From positions 1 to 28,754 of the forward strand of contig JAHLWH010000137.1 of NCBI GenBank assembly GCA_019058015.1: a stretch of DNA of 28,754 nucleotides, in the 5' to 3' direction. The notes under the pieces were generated by a model. It did no database searches. It saw only the letters and a program-made list of their open reading frames with translations, and was not told the origin of the DNA. Source of the DNA: Promethearchaeota archaeon (GTDB lineage: Archaea; Asgardarchaeota; Lokiarchaeia; Sigyniarchaeales; SOKP01). Shown in pieces: positions 1 to 9,670 of this stretch. Numbering within the stretch: the first letter of the stretch is position 1; the number at the start of each line of letters is the position of its first letter. Both the position numbers and the translations under genes were made by a program.

Positions 1-302
1 AAATAATACATTAAAAATAAAAATTAGTGTCAAAATTTGACAAATATTTATTGCTGATTTGAGACAAAATAATATTGCTTCCAACATAAAAGAAATGGAA
101 AAAGAATAGAAGTTTTTTATAATTTAAAATTTTCCCCTCCACATCCAGTTCCTCTTTTACAAATAATATTTCTTTCAATATCTCCAATAAATTATCCAAA
201 AAATATTATTCTCAAAGCAAAAATTATAAAAATGACTTTATTTAATAATAATAAAAAAATGAATGCGAAAGTTCAAAATTTTAAAAAAATTTGGTAATAA
301 AT

Positions 303-1697
303 ATGGAAAAAACTGAAAAAGAATTATCACATGGTAAATTGGGTATGGTTTCTTATGGTTTCAATTCACTATCTAGAGAACTTCTTCGAATGGCTTTTAC
401 TGCGTGGGGTTTCTTTTTTTATGAGTCTGAAATTGGTTTAAACGTTTGGTTAATTGGGCTAGCATATGTTATATTCGCAATTTATAATATGTTTAATGAT
501 CCTTTTATTGGTTATTTAACAAATAAACCTTTTAAATTCACTAAAAAATGGGGTCGACGATTTCCTTGGATTTTAATTGGTGGTTTACCATGGGGACTTA
601 CTTATATTCTTATTTTTCTTCCGCCAACTACTGATCCAGTATCAGGCGCATGGATTCTATTTTTCTGGTTATTATTTACTACATGTCTATTTGACACATT
701 TCATTCATTATTTTTTGTAAATTTCATGTCTTTATTTCCAGATAAATATCGATCAGTTCAAGAGCGTCGAAAGGCTAGCGGTATATATATTATGATTGGG
801 GTTGTAGGTGTTGCTTTGGGAGCTATTCTACCACCTTTCTTTTTTGACTATGGAAATATACCTTCTTATGTATATCAAGGTCTTATCGTCTTCTTGATTA
901 CTTTGATAGGTTTTGTAATTGGTATACCAGGTGTTCGGGAGGATCAAGTTACTATTGACCTTTATTTATCTTCTCAAAAGGAAAAACGCGAACATGAATC
1001 GTTCTTTAAAAGTCTTAAAATAGCTATAAAACAAAAGCCATTTATTGTATTTATGGTACTATTTACCCTATATCAGTCCTTAGTAGAAATAATGCAAGCG
1101 TCAGTTTCCTATGTAGTACGTTATTCTTTAGAAATGCCAGAGACTGCCACTACAATGGTATTTGCTGGTTTCCTTATTGGAGTATTAATATCTGCACCTT
1201 TTTGGACACTTTATTCTCGTAGAGCAAAAAATAATAAGAAAGTAATGCTGATCTCATCGCTACTTTTAGCAGCTTTTACATTACCTCTCACATTCCTTAG
1301 AGATTATTGGTTAATAGTAATAAATATGATTATTTGGGGAACAGCACTTGGAGGCTTTTGGACAATGATTTTTCCTGTATCTTCAGATGTAATTGATAAT
1401 TCCGTAGTTCTAACAGGTAAACGTGAAGAGGGTTTATACACTGGTTTTCAACAGTTTTTTGGTCGATTAGGTATTGTTATCCAAGCTCTTACGTTTGCAA
1501 TAGTTCATGAACTTACTGGTTTTGTTGAAGGAGCAGCTACACAATCGCCCTTAGCAGTATGGGGAATACATCTTCATTTATCATTAATTCCGATGATATT
1601 AATTCTCATAGGAGCTTTTGTATTTTGGAAATGGTACAAATTAACTCCTGATAAAGTACAAGAGAATCAGATTAAAATCAAAGAAATGGGTTTATAA
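303..1697 (+). CDS. MFS transporter, glycoside-pentoside-hexuronide (GPH, MelB-like) family
   Basis: About 12 hydrophobic segments. Motifs 'YNMFNDPFIGYLT', 'KWGRRFPWIL' and 'SDVIDNSVVLTGKREEGLY' are typical of GPH symporters. ATG at 303 preferred over TTG at 291. Confidence 0.9.
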   Translation: MEKTEKELSHGKLGMVSYGFNSLSRELLRMAFTAWGFFFYESEIGLNVWLIGLAYVIFAIYNMFNDPFIGYLTNKPFKFTKKWGRRFPWILIGGLPWGLTYILIFLPPTTDPVSGAWILFFWLLFTTCLFDTFHSLFFVNFMSLFPDKYRSVQERRKASGIYIMIGVVGVALGAILPPFFFDYGNIPSYVYQGLIVFLITLIGFVIGIPGVREDQVTIDLYLSSQKEKREHESFFKSLKIAIKQKPFIVFMVLFTLYQSLVEIMQASVSYVVRYSLEMPETATTMVFAGFLIGVLISAPFWTLYSRRAKNNKKVMLISSLLLAAFTLPLTFLRDYWLIVINMIIWGTALGGFWTMIFPVSSDVIDNSVVLTGKREEGLYTGFQQFFGRLGIVIQALTFAIVHELTGFVEGAATQSPLAVWGIHLHLSLIPMILILIGAFVFWKWYKLTPDKVQENQIKIKEMGL

Positions 1698-1725
1698 AAC
1701 TTAAAAAATAGCAATTAATCTATTA

Positions 1726-1740
1726 TTTTCTTTTTTTTTT
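1726..1740 (+). terminator. Candidate archaeal oligo-T terminator of the MFS gene
   Basis: TTTTC followed by T10 about 30 nt after the stop codon. The background is AT-rich, so specificity is low. Confidence 0.4.
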
Positions 1741-1938
1741 ATATTAAAATCAATATTATTTCTAAAAAAGAAATTAAAGAAAAAATATTCAAAAAAAAAT
1801 AATTTTTTTGCCTTTGTTCCAGCAATCACTTAGGATAGAAAAGTTTAACTTTTGGATTTTTATATTTAACATGTTTAACAATTTTTTACTTAATTATCTT
1901 TTATCTCAAAAAAGTAAGGAGGAAATATAAGATTATTT

Positions 1939-4900
1939 TCATTGATATTTAATTTTGCGGCGATTTATTAAACCTAAAACTGGAATAACGATAGCAAGAG
2001 TGATAATAACAAAAAATCCTGATGCTGGAATAGTTATGTTTTGCTCTTGTTCTGGTTGCTCTTGTACTGTGATGGTTATAGTGACATTGCAGTAGTTGCC
2101 ATAGGGATCATAGACAGCAATGTTCAGAATGTAGGTACCAGGATTAAGAGTCATAGTGTTGGTAAGACGACCAGTACTACTGATAGCAAAGTGGGTAGTA
2201 TCGCTGATGACCCAATGATCGATACCTGATAAATCCGTTGCAGTCAGCTGGTAATCTAATGCTTCTCCATACTGAAGAGTCTGGTCAGTGGGAATAACTT
2301 CCCAACTCGGAGCTATAGTATCTTGTGCAATGAGACTAAATATAGCACTTTGTATAAGGTTATGAGTGTCATTAACCCATACTTGCAACCCATATACACC
2401 TACGGAAAGAGATACAGCATTCATGATAACACCATTTCCATTAATGGTGAAGTGAACCGTGTCGTTCAGCCACCAAGTGCTAATACCTGCCAAGTCAGTT
2501 GCGTTGAGATCGTAAAGGAAGTTGTCACCAAATTCTACAAACTGGTCTGTGGGTAGCTCCACCCAAGAAGGTGGTATAGTGTCTACACTCACTTGCAACT
2601 CTATAGAAACTTCCTCTCCATTATAAAGCCCCACCGAAGATGAAGTAATATTGTATATATAGTTCCCAGCGAGATTTGGAGCTTTTAAATTAAATGTAAA
2701 GTTTCCATTATTGTTTGTCATTGCGTAGGAAATATTCTCATTGGTCAGGGATACAACCATGCTAGCTAAACCATTACCTTCAAGGCTCGTCAGAGTTCCA
2801 GAGATAGAGACAGGATCTCCGGTAAATGCAAAAATTTCAGTGGGTACGTTTAATTTCACCTTATTGCACAGAGCTATAGGGTTGGTCAAGTATTGTAGGG
2901 AGTTACCCGCTTGATCCGTCACGTTAATAAGGATTGTTAATGCGTCTGCAGACTCGCAAGGTATGCGATAATAGGGGTCTTCATATATAGCCGCTTGCCA
3001 AGTTGTTCCATTATTGAAGCTGTATTTAAGGAAGTGGGTATCAATCCCGAGACCAACATCAAAGGCAGTAAAGTTGATGTAGAGGTCTTGTCCCGGTGTG
3101 AAATTGGTGGGGCAAAAAATTCCATTGAGCATTGGGGGAGTAGAATCACCACTGCCCAAAGTAAATGTTAAGTTGTAAATTGTTCGACTACAAAGGGTTG
3201 CAATAGAAGGTAAGGTTAATTGTAGCCGAATCTCGCCTGTAGTTATATTCCATGTCTCAGCGATTCCACACCAGTCAACATCAAGATAATTCGGGGGATA
3301 ATGAATAAAAGGTTCGCCATTGTAACCTTGCTTACCATTTAATAAACCTTGGTCAAACAAGAGTTCATTAACAAAAAGGCTATAATTGGCATAATATTGC
3401 GGAAAAGGTGAAATATATCCTAGAGGAGGAAAAGTCAACCACCAAATTGGCCAAGAAAGGCTGCTCCAAATATCTCCAGTAAGGTTTAGGAGAAATTCAG
3501 TTCCCGTATCCAAAACACTTATATTTAAACCTGGATGATAGGGAGCGAATGAAAAATTCCCTAGTATCATGTTTGCTGTTTCACCTTTATCAAGTGGGAT
3601 TTGGGGATATGGATAATTTTTACCTAGGTACCACTCTTGCAAGGGACCTTTATTATAATTCGACCATCCCTTATATGTGGTCATATAATATCCAAAATAG
3701 GTGCCATTACCTGGTGCTAGATAATATGTGGCATTGATACCAGCGGGAACATTATGAACATCCCAAACCCATATTTGGAGTCCACCTATATGATCCCAGG
3801 TAAACCAGAACTGATTCATACTATTCAAACCGTTTTCAGGATAGGTTTCTGGCATATTATAAAAGATATGGTATTTAGCATAATCTGATTGAGGATAACA
3901 TAGGATGCTTGGTAAAGATGAAACATTCCAGTACTTCAGCGGTACCAGATAGACTTCTGAAAATAACGAATTCGATGCGTAATAGCCTAAAGCTTCACAT
4001 AATCTATCAGGTGGTGTGTAGTTTGTAGAATAAAATGTTAAATGAGATACATTGAGATCAATACCAAACCAACCACCTTCAAGTGACCATTCAGATTGTT
4101 GGAAGTAACTTCCATACCAGGTCTGCGGACCACCGCAGAAGGATTGAGTATATGAGTGTACTGTAAGATTATTTCCTAAAGAATCAATTGTAGGAATAGA
4201 ATGCATTTGGGTCTCAGCTAGGCTGAGTGATATATTTAAATTCGAGTTTTTTGGAATTGATATGTTTTTTTCTAACATGAACATTCGAGAAAAATCCTTA
4301 TCTCCCCAGGTACCGTTGTCGATCCAAGCTGCTTGAGCACATACTGCATATTCTCCTCCCTTTAGATGGAATTTGGCGCAATCGATATCAGGACCCCAAT
4401 CTCCCTCATAAGTAGATTGAATTTCGATAAGGGATATATTGGGGTAAGTAACTAAAGCTACTGCTGCATAGATTGGAGTAGAATTATCTGTATCAAAAAC
4501 GCGTATAGAAAGGGTGGACATAGACATAAACAAATATGGAGATGTTTTATTATTTTGAGAGTTGGAGACATTGATCCAACCTTCATACCATCCTTCTGGA
4601 GCATCTTCATCGAATGGTCCGACCTCAAAGGAAATGCTCGCATTCGTATTAGCTGGAATCATAAGGGATGTGGCATTAAGACTCACATAGTTCGTTTCAT
4701 TGCCTTCACACGTGGTATATGTCGAGAGATCGACCATAGTGACCGTATTCGCCAGATTCATAAGGATGAATGTAGTAAGGGAGGATTCTTCACGCTCTAG
4801 TAATCCAAGACTAATACTCGGTTCTATGATAAGTAACGTCGTGTTCGTGGCATTACAGACATCAATTCGACCTGCTCCTTGCCTCCACAGGTGCTCATTG

Positions 4901-6486
4901 GTGAGAATTTCTGTATTACCCATTAACGCTGATTTAATCATAAGGGGATTCCAATCAGGATGAGTCTGAAGAATAAGAGCTGCAGCACCCGCTACATGCG
5001 GAGTGGCCATAGAGGTACCGGAGGCACTCGTGTAGTAATTATTTATAGGACTACCCATGTTTGTGCCATTGGCTCTTGCTGCAATAATGGCAGACCCTGG
5101 AGCGCAAACATCGGGTTTGATGCGATAATCTTCGGTTGGACCTTGACTTGAAAAACTACTTATTTCATCAGTCTTGGTTGTTGAGCCAACTGTGATGGCT
5201 CTTTTAGCAACTGCGGGTATACCTACTGAGAACATGCCCCCCCAACTACCTGCATTACCTGCCGCTACTGCACAGACGACTCCTTGGTCTGTCGCCCAAT
5301 CGATAGCTAGTGAAAGAGGGTCAGTACCATCACCATTGATATCTTTACCAAGGCTCATGCTAATAATATCCGCAGACTGATCTACTGCCCATTCTATCCC
5401 ACTAATAATCCAAGAAAAGTAGCCTGACCCGCCATCGGTGAGTACTTTACCATTAAGAAGTAGGGCACCTGGTGCGACCCCAACGTATCTGTCACTGGAG
5501 TTTTCGCCCGTACCCGCGGCGATACTTGCACAATGAGTACCATGTCCATATCCATCCCAAGTATGGGATTCATCGGTAAAGCATGCTTCTGCGATCACTT
5601 TAGGATCAGAAGTGACGGGATTGTCGTCTAGATCATCTAAGTCTGGATGAGTCTTATCAATTCCGGTATCTAAAACGGCAATTCTCACATTAGTGCCGTT
5701 GATCTCAAATCCAAACTGGGTCTCAAGTTCTTGCCAGTTTGCTGGTGGTTTAATAATGGGTACACTCTGATCTAGGCAAATATGAACTTTTTTGTCTAGA
5801 AAGACATGAGAAATAAAATTTTGTTCTGCCAGCTTAAAAATCTCGTCATAAGGGAGTTCAATTGAAAGAAAAGGAAAATTTTTAAACGTAGATTTGATTA
5901 TACCTCCAAAAGGTTGCAATTGTTGAGTCATCAAGGAAATATCGCTTTTGGATAGGGGTTTAACTGCATTGATATTATCCGATACTGGAGAACCAGGTAA
6001 CACAATAACTTTTATTCTGTCTTCATTAATATAACCTTCCTGCCAGAGAAACGAATAATCTCGAAGTTGTGCTTCTATTTTGTCTCCCCCCCTTCGATCA
6101 TTGATAAATAGAGTTGTATGTCCTTTCACGCTAAAGGATTGTATAGTATTAAAGCCAGTGGGAAAAGGTATTTGGAGGTTTTCGCCACTTGCCGTCATTA
6201 TATTTAGATATTCCTTATTTAAATCAAAATCTTCAGTTTCCTCAGTTATTGTATCAAGATTGAGTTCATTTGGTGTATTGATTTTATTATTTAATAAGTC
6301 TTGAACAGCTTGTAATCCTTGAAAATTCGAGCTATTGTGAAATTCATTCTGCGAATCAGCAATAAGAGCTTGTTTCTCGCCTAACCTATTCAGATTAGAG
6401 CTAGGCTGGAATAATATACTCATATTCAAAATTAAAAGAAAAACAGTAAAATACACAATCTTTTGTTTTATTAAAATCCTTTTCAT
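1939..6486 (-). CDS. Secreted, membrane-anchored subtilisin-like S8 serine protease (1515 aa) with C-terminal beta-sandwich repeats
   Basis: N-terminal basic plus hydrophobic signal peptide. Catalytic triad motifs VLDTGID, GHGTHCAS and SGTSMATPHVAG; oxyanion motif VAAGN. C-terminus is IPASGF, a TM helix and a basic tail NRRKIK. SD-like GAAGGA upstream. Confidence 0.93.
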   Translation of the reverse strand: MKRILIKQKIVYFTVFLLILNMSILFQPSSNLNRLGEKQALIADSQNEFHNSSNFQGLQAVQDLLNNKINTPNELNLDTITEETEDFDLNKEYLNIMTASGENLQIPFPTGFNTIQSFSVKGHTTLFINDRRGGDKIEAQLRDYSFLWQEGYINEDRIKVIVLPGSPVSDNINAVKPLSKSDISLMTQQLQPFGGIIKSTFKNFPFLSIELPYDEIFKLAEQNFISHVFLDKKVHICLDQSVPIIKPPANWQELETQFGFEINGTNVRIAVLDTGIDKTHPDLDDLDDNPVTSDPKVIAEACFTDESHTWDGYGHGTHCASIAAGTGENSSDRYVGVAPGALLLNGKVLTDGGSGYFSWIISGIEWAVDQSADIISMSLGKDINGDGTDPLSLAIDWATDQGVVCAVAAGNAGSWGGMFSVGIPAVAKRAITVGSTTKTDEISSFSSQGPTEDYRIKPDVCAPGSAIIAARANGTNMGSPINNYYTSASGTSMATPHVAGAAALILQTHPDWNPLMIKSALMGNTEILTNEHLWRQGAGRIDVCNATNTTLLIIEPSISLGLLEREESSLTTFILMNLANTVTMVDLSTYTTCEGNETNYVSLNATSLMIPANTNASISFEVGPFDEDAPEGWYEGWINVSNSQNNKTSPYLFMSMSTLSIRVFDTDNSTPIYAAVALVTYPNISLIEIQSTYEGDWGPDIDCAKFHLKGGEYAVCAQAAWIDNGTWGDKDFSRMFMLEKNISIPKNSNLNISLSLAETQMHSIPTIDSLGNNLTVHSYTQSFCGGPQTWYGSYFQQSEWSLEGGWFGIDLNVSHLTFYSTNYTPPDRLCEALGYYASNSLFSEVYLVPLKYWNVSSLPSILCYPQSDYAKYHIFYNMPETYPENGLNSMNQFWFTWDHIGGLQIWVWDVHNVPAGINATYYLAPGNGTYFGYYMTTYKGWSNYNKGPLQEWYLGKNYPYPQIPLDKGETANMILGNFSFAPYHPGLNISVLDTGTEFLLNLTGDIWSSLSWPIWWLTFPPLGYISPFPQYYANYSLFVNELLFDQGLLNGKQGYNGEPFIHYPPNYLDVDWCGIAETWNITTGEIRLQLTLPSIATLCSRTIYNLTFTLGSGDSTPPMLNGIFCPTNFTPGQDLYINFTAFDVGLGIDTHFLKYSFNNGTTWQAAIYEDPYYRIPCESADALTILINVTDQAGNSLQYLTNPIALCNKVKLNVPTEIFAFTGDPVSISGTLTSLEGNGLASMVVSLTNENISYAMTNNNGNFTFNLKAPNLAGNYIYNITSSSVGLYNGEEVSIELQVSVDTIPPSWVELPTDQFVEFGDNFLYDLNATDLAGISTWWLNDTVHFTINGNGVIMNAVSLSVGVYGLQVWVNDTHNLIQSAIFSLIAQDTIAPSWEVIPTDQTLQYGEALDYQLTATDLSGIDHWVISDTTHFAISSTGRLTNTMTLNPGTYILNIAVYDPYGNYCNVTITITVQEQPEQEQNITIPASGFFVIITLAIVIPVLGLINRRKIKYQ
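2062..2583 (-). repeat. Two tandem 87-aa Ig/cadherin-like repeats within the S8 protease
   Basis: DTIPPSWVELPTDQFVEFGDNFLYDLNATDLAGISTWWLNDTVHFTI... (2323-2583) aligns without gaps to DTIAPSWEVIPTDQTLQYGEALDYQLTATDLSGIDHWVISDTTHFAI... (2062-2322). Period 261 bp. Confidence 0.85.
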
Positions 6487-6806
6487 AGTTTATTTCCTTC
6501 CTAATATGTTTTTAAAAGGATGCAGAAAAGATGAGAGGGTTAAAATGACTCTAGAACACAATATTTTCCTTTAATTGGCTTTTACTGAATTATCGTATCC
6601 AATAATGAATTTATGTACGTTAAAATAAACATACTAATTATTTAAGTATTATGTAAAACAGTAGAAATTACTTAAGAACTTGATTTTACAGATAATTTAG
6701 TATAAAAAATAAGCATAAAATTAATCATATAAAATAAATATTTTTTAAATTTAAAGACCTTAATTAAGGTTATTAACTAATATTGGGAAATTTAATCCTA
6801 AAAAAA

Positions 6807-8333
6807 TTATGTACCAGCAATTCTTTTAGGATAATGAGTTTGTGCCTTAAGATTCTCCTGAAATAAGTTATTAACCAATTCAAATCGAACATCTTTAAAT
6901 TTTTCATTATACCATAAATTGGTCAATTCATCTGGATCGTTCTTTCGATCAAATAAATCACCATGATTTGTTAAACCTTCATATGTTGTTAATTTATAAT
7001 CTTCAGTTACTAAGTGTCTTAATCTTGCTTCAAGAGTGCCAACTTCTTCATCATTTTCGATGAAAACACAGTCTCTAACTTTTTTATTTGGTTCTATTAA
7101 TAAATGAGTCATATCAAAACCTTGCATATCAGGAGGGTGATGGCGTTCTTTAATATTTAAGAGATTTAGAATGGTTTTTGGAATGTCGATGGAACTTATT
7201 AAAGATTCAGAGACTCCCGTTTTGGTCAAACCTGGTACTTTCCATATTAGAGGAAGATGTAATACACCATTATAAGGGCAAGGACCTTTAAATAATAAAC
7301 CATGATCTCCCATTAAATCACCGTGATCACTGCTATACATTACTATTGTATTATCTGCATAACCTAACTTCTTCAGTGTTGATAAAATTTCTCCTATACT
7401 ATAATCTATTAATGCAACAGACCCGTATGTTAAGGCTATAAATTTTCGTGCTTCCTCTTCATTAGTTTCTCGCAAGAACGCTCTAAAAAATGGTGGATTT
7501 TTTAAAAGAGGTCCCAAAAATTTATGGTTATATAAGTTTTTTGCATCGTTAAAATTCGGAGGAAGTTCAATCTCTTCTGGTTTGTACATATCATAATATT
7601 TTCCTGGAGGACATAAAGGATAGTGAGGATCTAAAAAAGAACAATGCAAATAGAAGGGTTTATCTCCATAATCTCCCCGGGCATGTCGTTCAAGGAAAGC
7701 AATAGTACGCTCTTTAATATATGTTGTACTATAAAGTTCTTCAGGGAAACCCTTATCACACCATAACGAGAAGTAATTGTCGATTCTCCTCCATTTCTTT
7801 TTTACAAATTCAGCGTGTTTCGGAGACCTTTTTTCCAACCAATTTAAATAATGTCCGACGCATATAGTACCATTACCCGTTGCGAATTCTACCTCTTGGA
7901 ATCCATAATATGGGAGAGGGAAGTTCTCCTTTACAGGATTATTACCAGATTCCTCTGCTAACCAGTCGCCCCAGCATTCTGCCGATTTTGTTTTCCTTCG
8001 ATATGGAGGTGACATAAATTGAAAATGTGTTTTTCCCATAACCGCTGTACGCCAACCTCTTTTCATTAATGTTTGAGCAATATTTGGAAGGTCTTCCCGT
8101 AGATTAATCCCATTACTCCTTACACCATGCACATTTGGATATAATCCCGTATGTAATGTTGCTCTGTTGGGCATACAAATAGGAGCAGTGCAAAAGTAAT
8201 TCGAAAACCTAACGCCTTCTTTTGCAAACTTATCCAGATTTGGTGTTTTTAAAATCGGATTTCCATAGCAACTTAAATGATCTACTCGATGGGCATCGGA
8301 TATTATGAATAATACATTCATTTTTTCACTCAT
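6807..8333 (-). CDS. Cys-type (formylglycine-dependent) sulfatase, arylsulfatase/choline-sulfatase-like
   Basis: NVLFIISDAHR, the CxPxR motif 'ICMPNRATLHTG', GKTH, DPHYP and SSDHGDLMGDHGLLFKG. No signal peptide. ATG at 8333 preferred over TTG at 8342. Confidence 0.92.
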   Translation of the reverse strand: MSEKMNVLFIISDAHRVDHLSCYGNPILKTPNLDKFAKEGVRFSNYFCTAPICMPNRATLHTGLYPNVHGVRSNGINLREDLPNIAQTLMKRGWRTAVMGKTHFQFMSPPYRRKTKSAECWGDWLAEESGNNPVKENFPLPYYGFQEVEFATGNGTICVGHYLNWLEKRSPKHAEFVKKKWRRIDNYFSLWCDKGFPEELYSTTYIKERTIAFLERHARGDYGDKPFYLHCSFLDPHYPLCPPGKYYDMYKPEEIELPPNFNDAKNLYNHKFLGPLLKNPPFFRAFLRETNEEEARKFIALTYGSVALIDYSIGEILSTLKKLGYADNTIVMYSSDHGDLMGDHGLLFKGPCPYNGVLHLPLIWKVPGLTKTGVSESLISSIDIPKTILNLLNIKERHHPPDMQGFDMTHLLIEPNKKVRDCVFIENDEEVGTLEARLRHLVTEDYKLTTYEGLTNHGDLFDRKNDPDELTNLWYNEKFKDVRFELVNNLFQENLKAQTHYPKRIAGT

Positions 8334-8659
8334 TGCAATCAAACCACTTTATTTTATTTATAAATAGATTCTTTATCATTGAAAAATTATTATCCTACTT
8401 AAAATTTAACAAATAGCGATAAAAATCAATTAAATTATTTGAAGAATAAATTGTACGTCCTAATAGGACTATCTACTTTTTATTTTTTTTCCCTATATGA
8501 AATTTTTATCTTTTGCTAATTTCATGAACAATATTGTTAGTATTTATAAAGTAATTTTACAATTTATTGATATAGATTTCATTTCCACTCTATAAAATGA
8601 TTTTTTATCGGCAAATTGATCATTATAATTCTTATTGATTAAATATAGTAATCAATTTT

Positions 8660-8824
8660 TTAGCCCCTTACCATTTTAGTACCACACTTTGGGCAATTTT
8701 GATTCATGCACGGAACTCCTACTTGATGTGGAACCGTATGACCACAATTTGGACAGATACAAACCCCACTAGGACCTGCAGCATAAGGCCCTCCCATTCT
8801 TCCTCTACCACCTCTACCACTCAT
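8660..8824 (-). CDS. Small Gly/Arg-rich, Cys-rich metal-binding protein (54 aa), absent from the ORF track
   Basis: Hand translation: MSGRGGRGRMGGPYAAGPSGVCICPNCGHTVPHQVGVPCMNQNCPKCGTKMVRG*. Strong SD GGAGGT at 8831-8836. GC-rich against AT-rich flanks. The CxCPxCG...H...PC....CPxCG pattern resembles the Cys-rich tail of NifX/NifB-family FeMo-cofactor-binding proteins. Confidence 0.85.
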   Translation of the reverse strand: MSGRGGRGRMGGPYAAGPSGVCICPNCGHTVPHQVGVPCMNQNCPKCGTKMVRG

Positions 8825-9067
8825 AATATGACCTCCTTTAACTATATTTTAAATTATTTAATTTATTTTTAAATTATTTCCATATGAAATTTACATACTC
8901 AAGAACCCTTGTATGCAATATCACAATTATTGAAGATATTTTACATTAAATAATAATTTAATTTTAATATTTAGAGTATAAAATCTTTAATTTTAATAAC
9001 AAATGAAAAGATTTACTTAATCAATTCTCTATATAAACAAAATAATTTTTTAGGAAAGACGATTTTT

Positions 9068-9085
9068 AGGAAAATTTTATATAAA
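9068..9085 (+). promoter_or_regulatory. Candidate BRE-TATA promoter of the V4R-argS-speB-dys operon
   Basis: Purine-rich AGGAAAA followed by TTTTATATAAA, about 35 nt upstream of the ATG at 9119. Confidence 0.5.
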
Positions 9086-9118
9086 TTTTGAATTATAATA
9101 ATTACGGGTTGTAAAAAC

Positions 9119-9646
9119 ATGAATGAAAATTTAGCAATTAATTCATTTTTAGGTTCTTTGATTAATGAACTACAATCCACTTTAGGAAAACCTACGTTAA
9201 ACGCTCTAATTTATAGAATTGGCCAAAAATCCGCTGAAATTATCGCCAAAAGAATTCTTGAAAAACACAAGCAAAATGGTGGTAATTTTGAAAATATTTC
9301 TGCTGCTTTTAATTTATTTCTAAGTATGGTTTCTCAATTATTTAAAGTTGAACAGCTTAGTCAAAATAATGAAGAGGACCGAACAGTAATTAAAATAAAA
9401 AATCGATGTCCTTTTCATAAACTTATTGCGGAAAGGGAAGATCTTGAATATGGTGGCACTCTTTGTCAATTTTCTAAAGCATATTTTGAACAAACATTAA
9501 AAAAACTAACAGACATAAAAGTTGAATATAAACTGAATGGTGTTAAACCCACAGAAGATTACTGCTACGTTGACTTAGTATTTTTGAAAGATTTGAAGGA
9601 AATAGAAGCTAAATTAAAGGAAACCAATTCCCAAAGTATAAATTAA
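9119..9646 (+). CDS. V4R/HNOX-superfamily ligand-binding protein (MetOD1-like)
   Basis: Helical N-terminus 'LNALIYRIGQKSAE', then 'IKIKNRCPF', 'GGTLCQFSKAYF' and terminal 'EDYCYVDL'. This is the CPF...LC...C pattern of MetOD1/V4R proteins. Confidence 0.7.
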   Translation: MNENLAINSFLGSLINELQSTLGKPTLNALIYRIGQKSAEIIAKRILEKHKQNGGNFENISAAFNLFLSMVSQLFKVEQLSQNNEEDRTVIKIKNRCPFHKLIAEREDLEYGGTLCQFSKAYFEQTLKKLTDIKVEYKLNGVKPTEDYCYVDLVFLKDLKEIEAKLKETNSQSIN

Positions 9647-9670
9647 TTTTTATACTAAATTATTTATAGA

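Noticed and set aside
11-199. 62-aa minus-strand ORF
   Set aside because: TTG start, low-complexity AT-rich composition, no motif, at the window edge. It may be a remnant but cannot be supported.
2041-6304. Many short off-frame and antisense ORFs inside the S8 protease gene
   Set aside because: Shadow ORFs expected from higher GC content; no recognisable motifs.
9047-9073. 11-bp direct repeat TTTTTAGGAAA overlapping the putative BRE
   Set aside because: Short and AT-rich; cannot be distinguished from chance.
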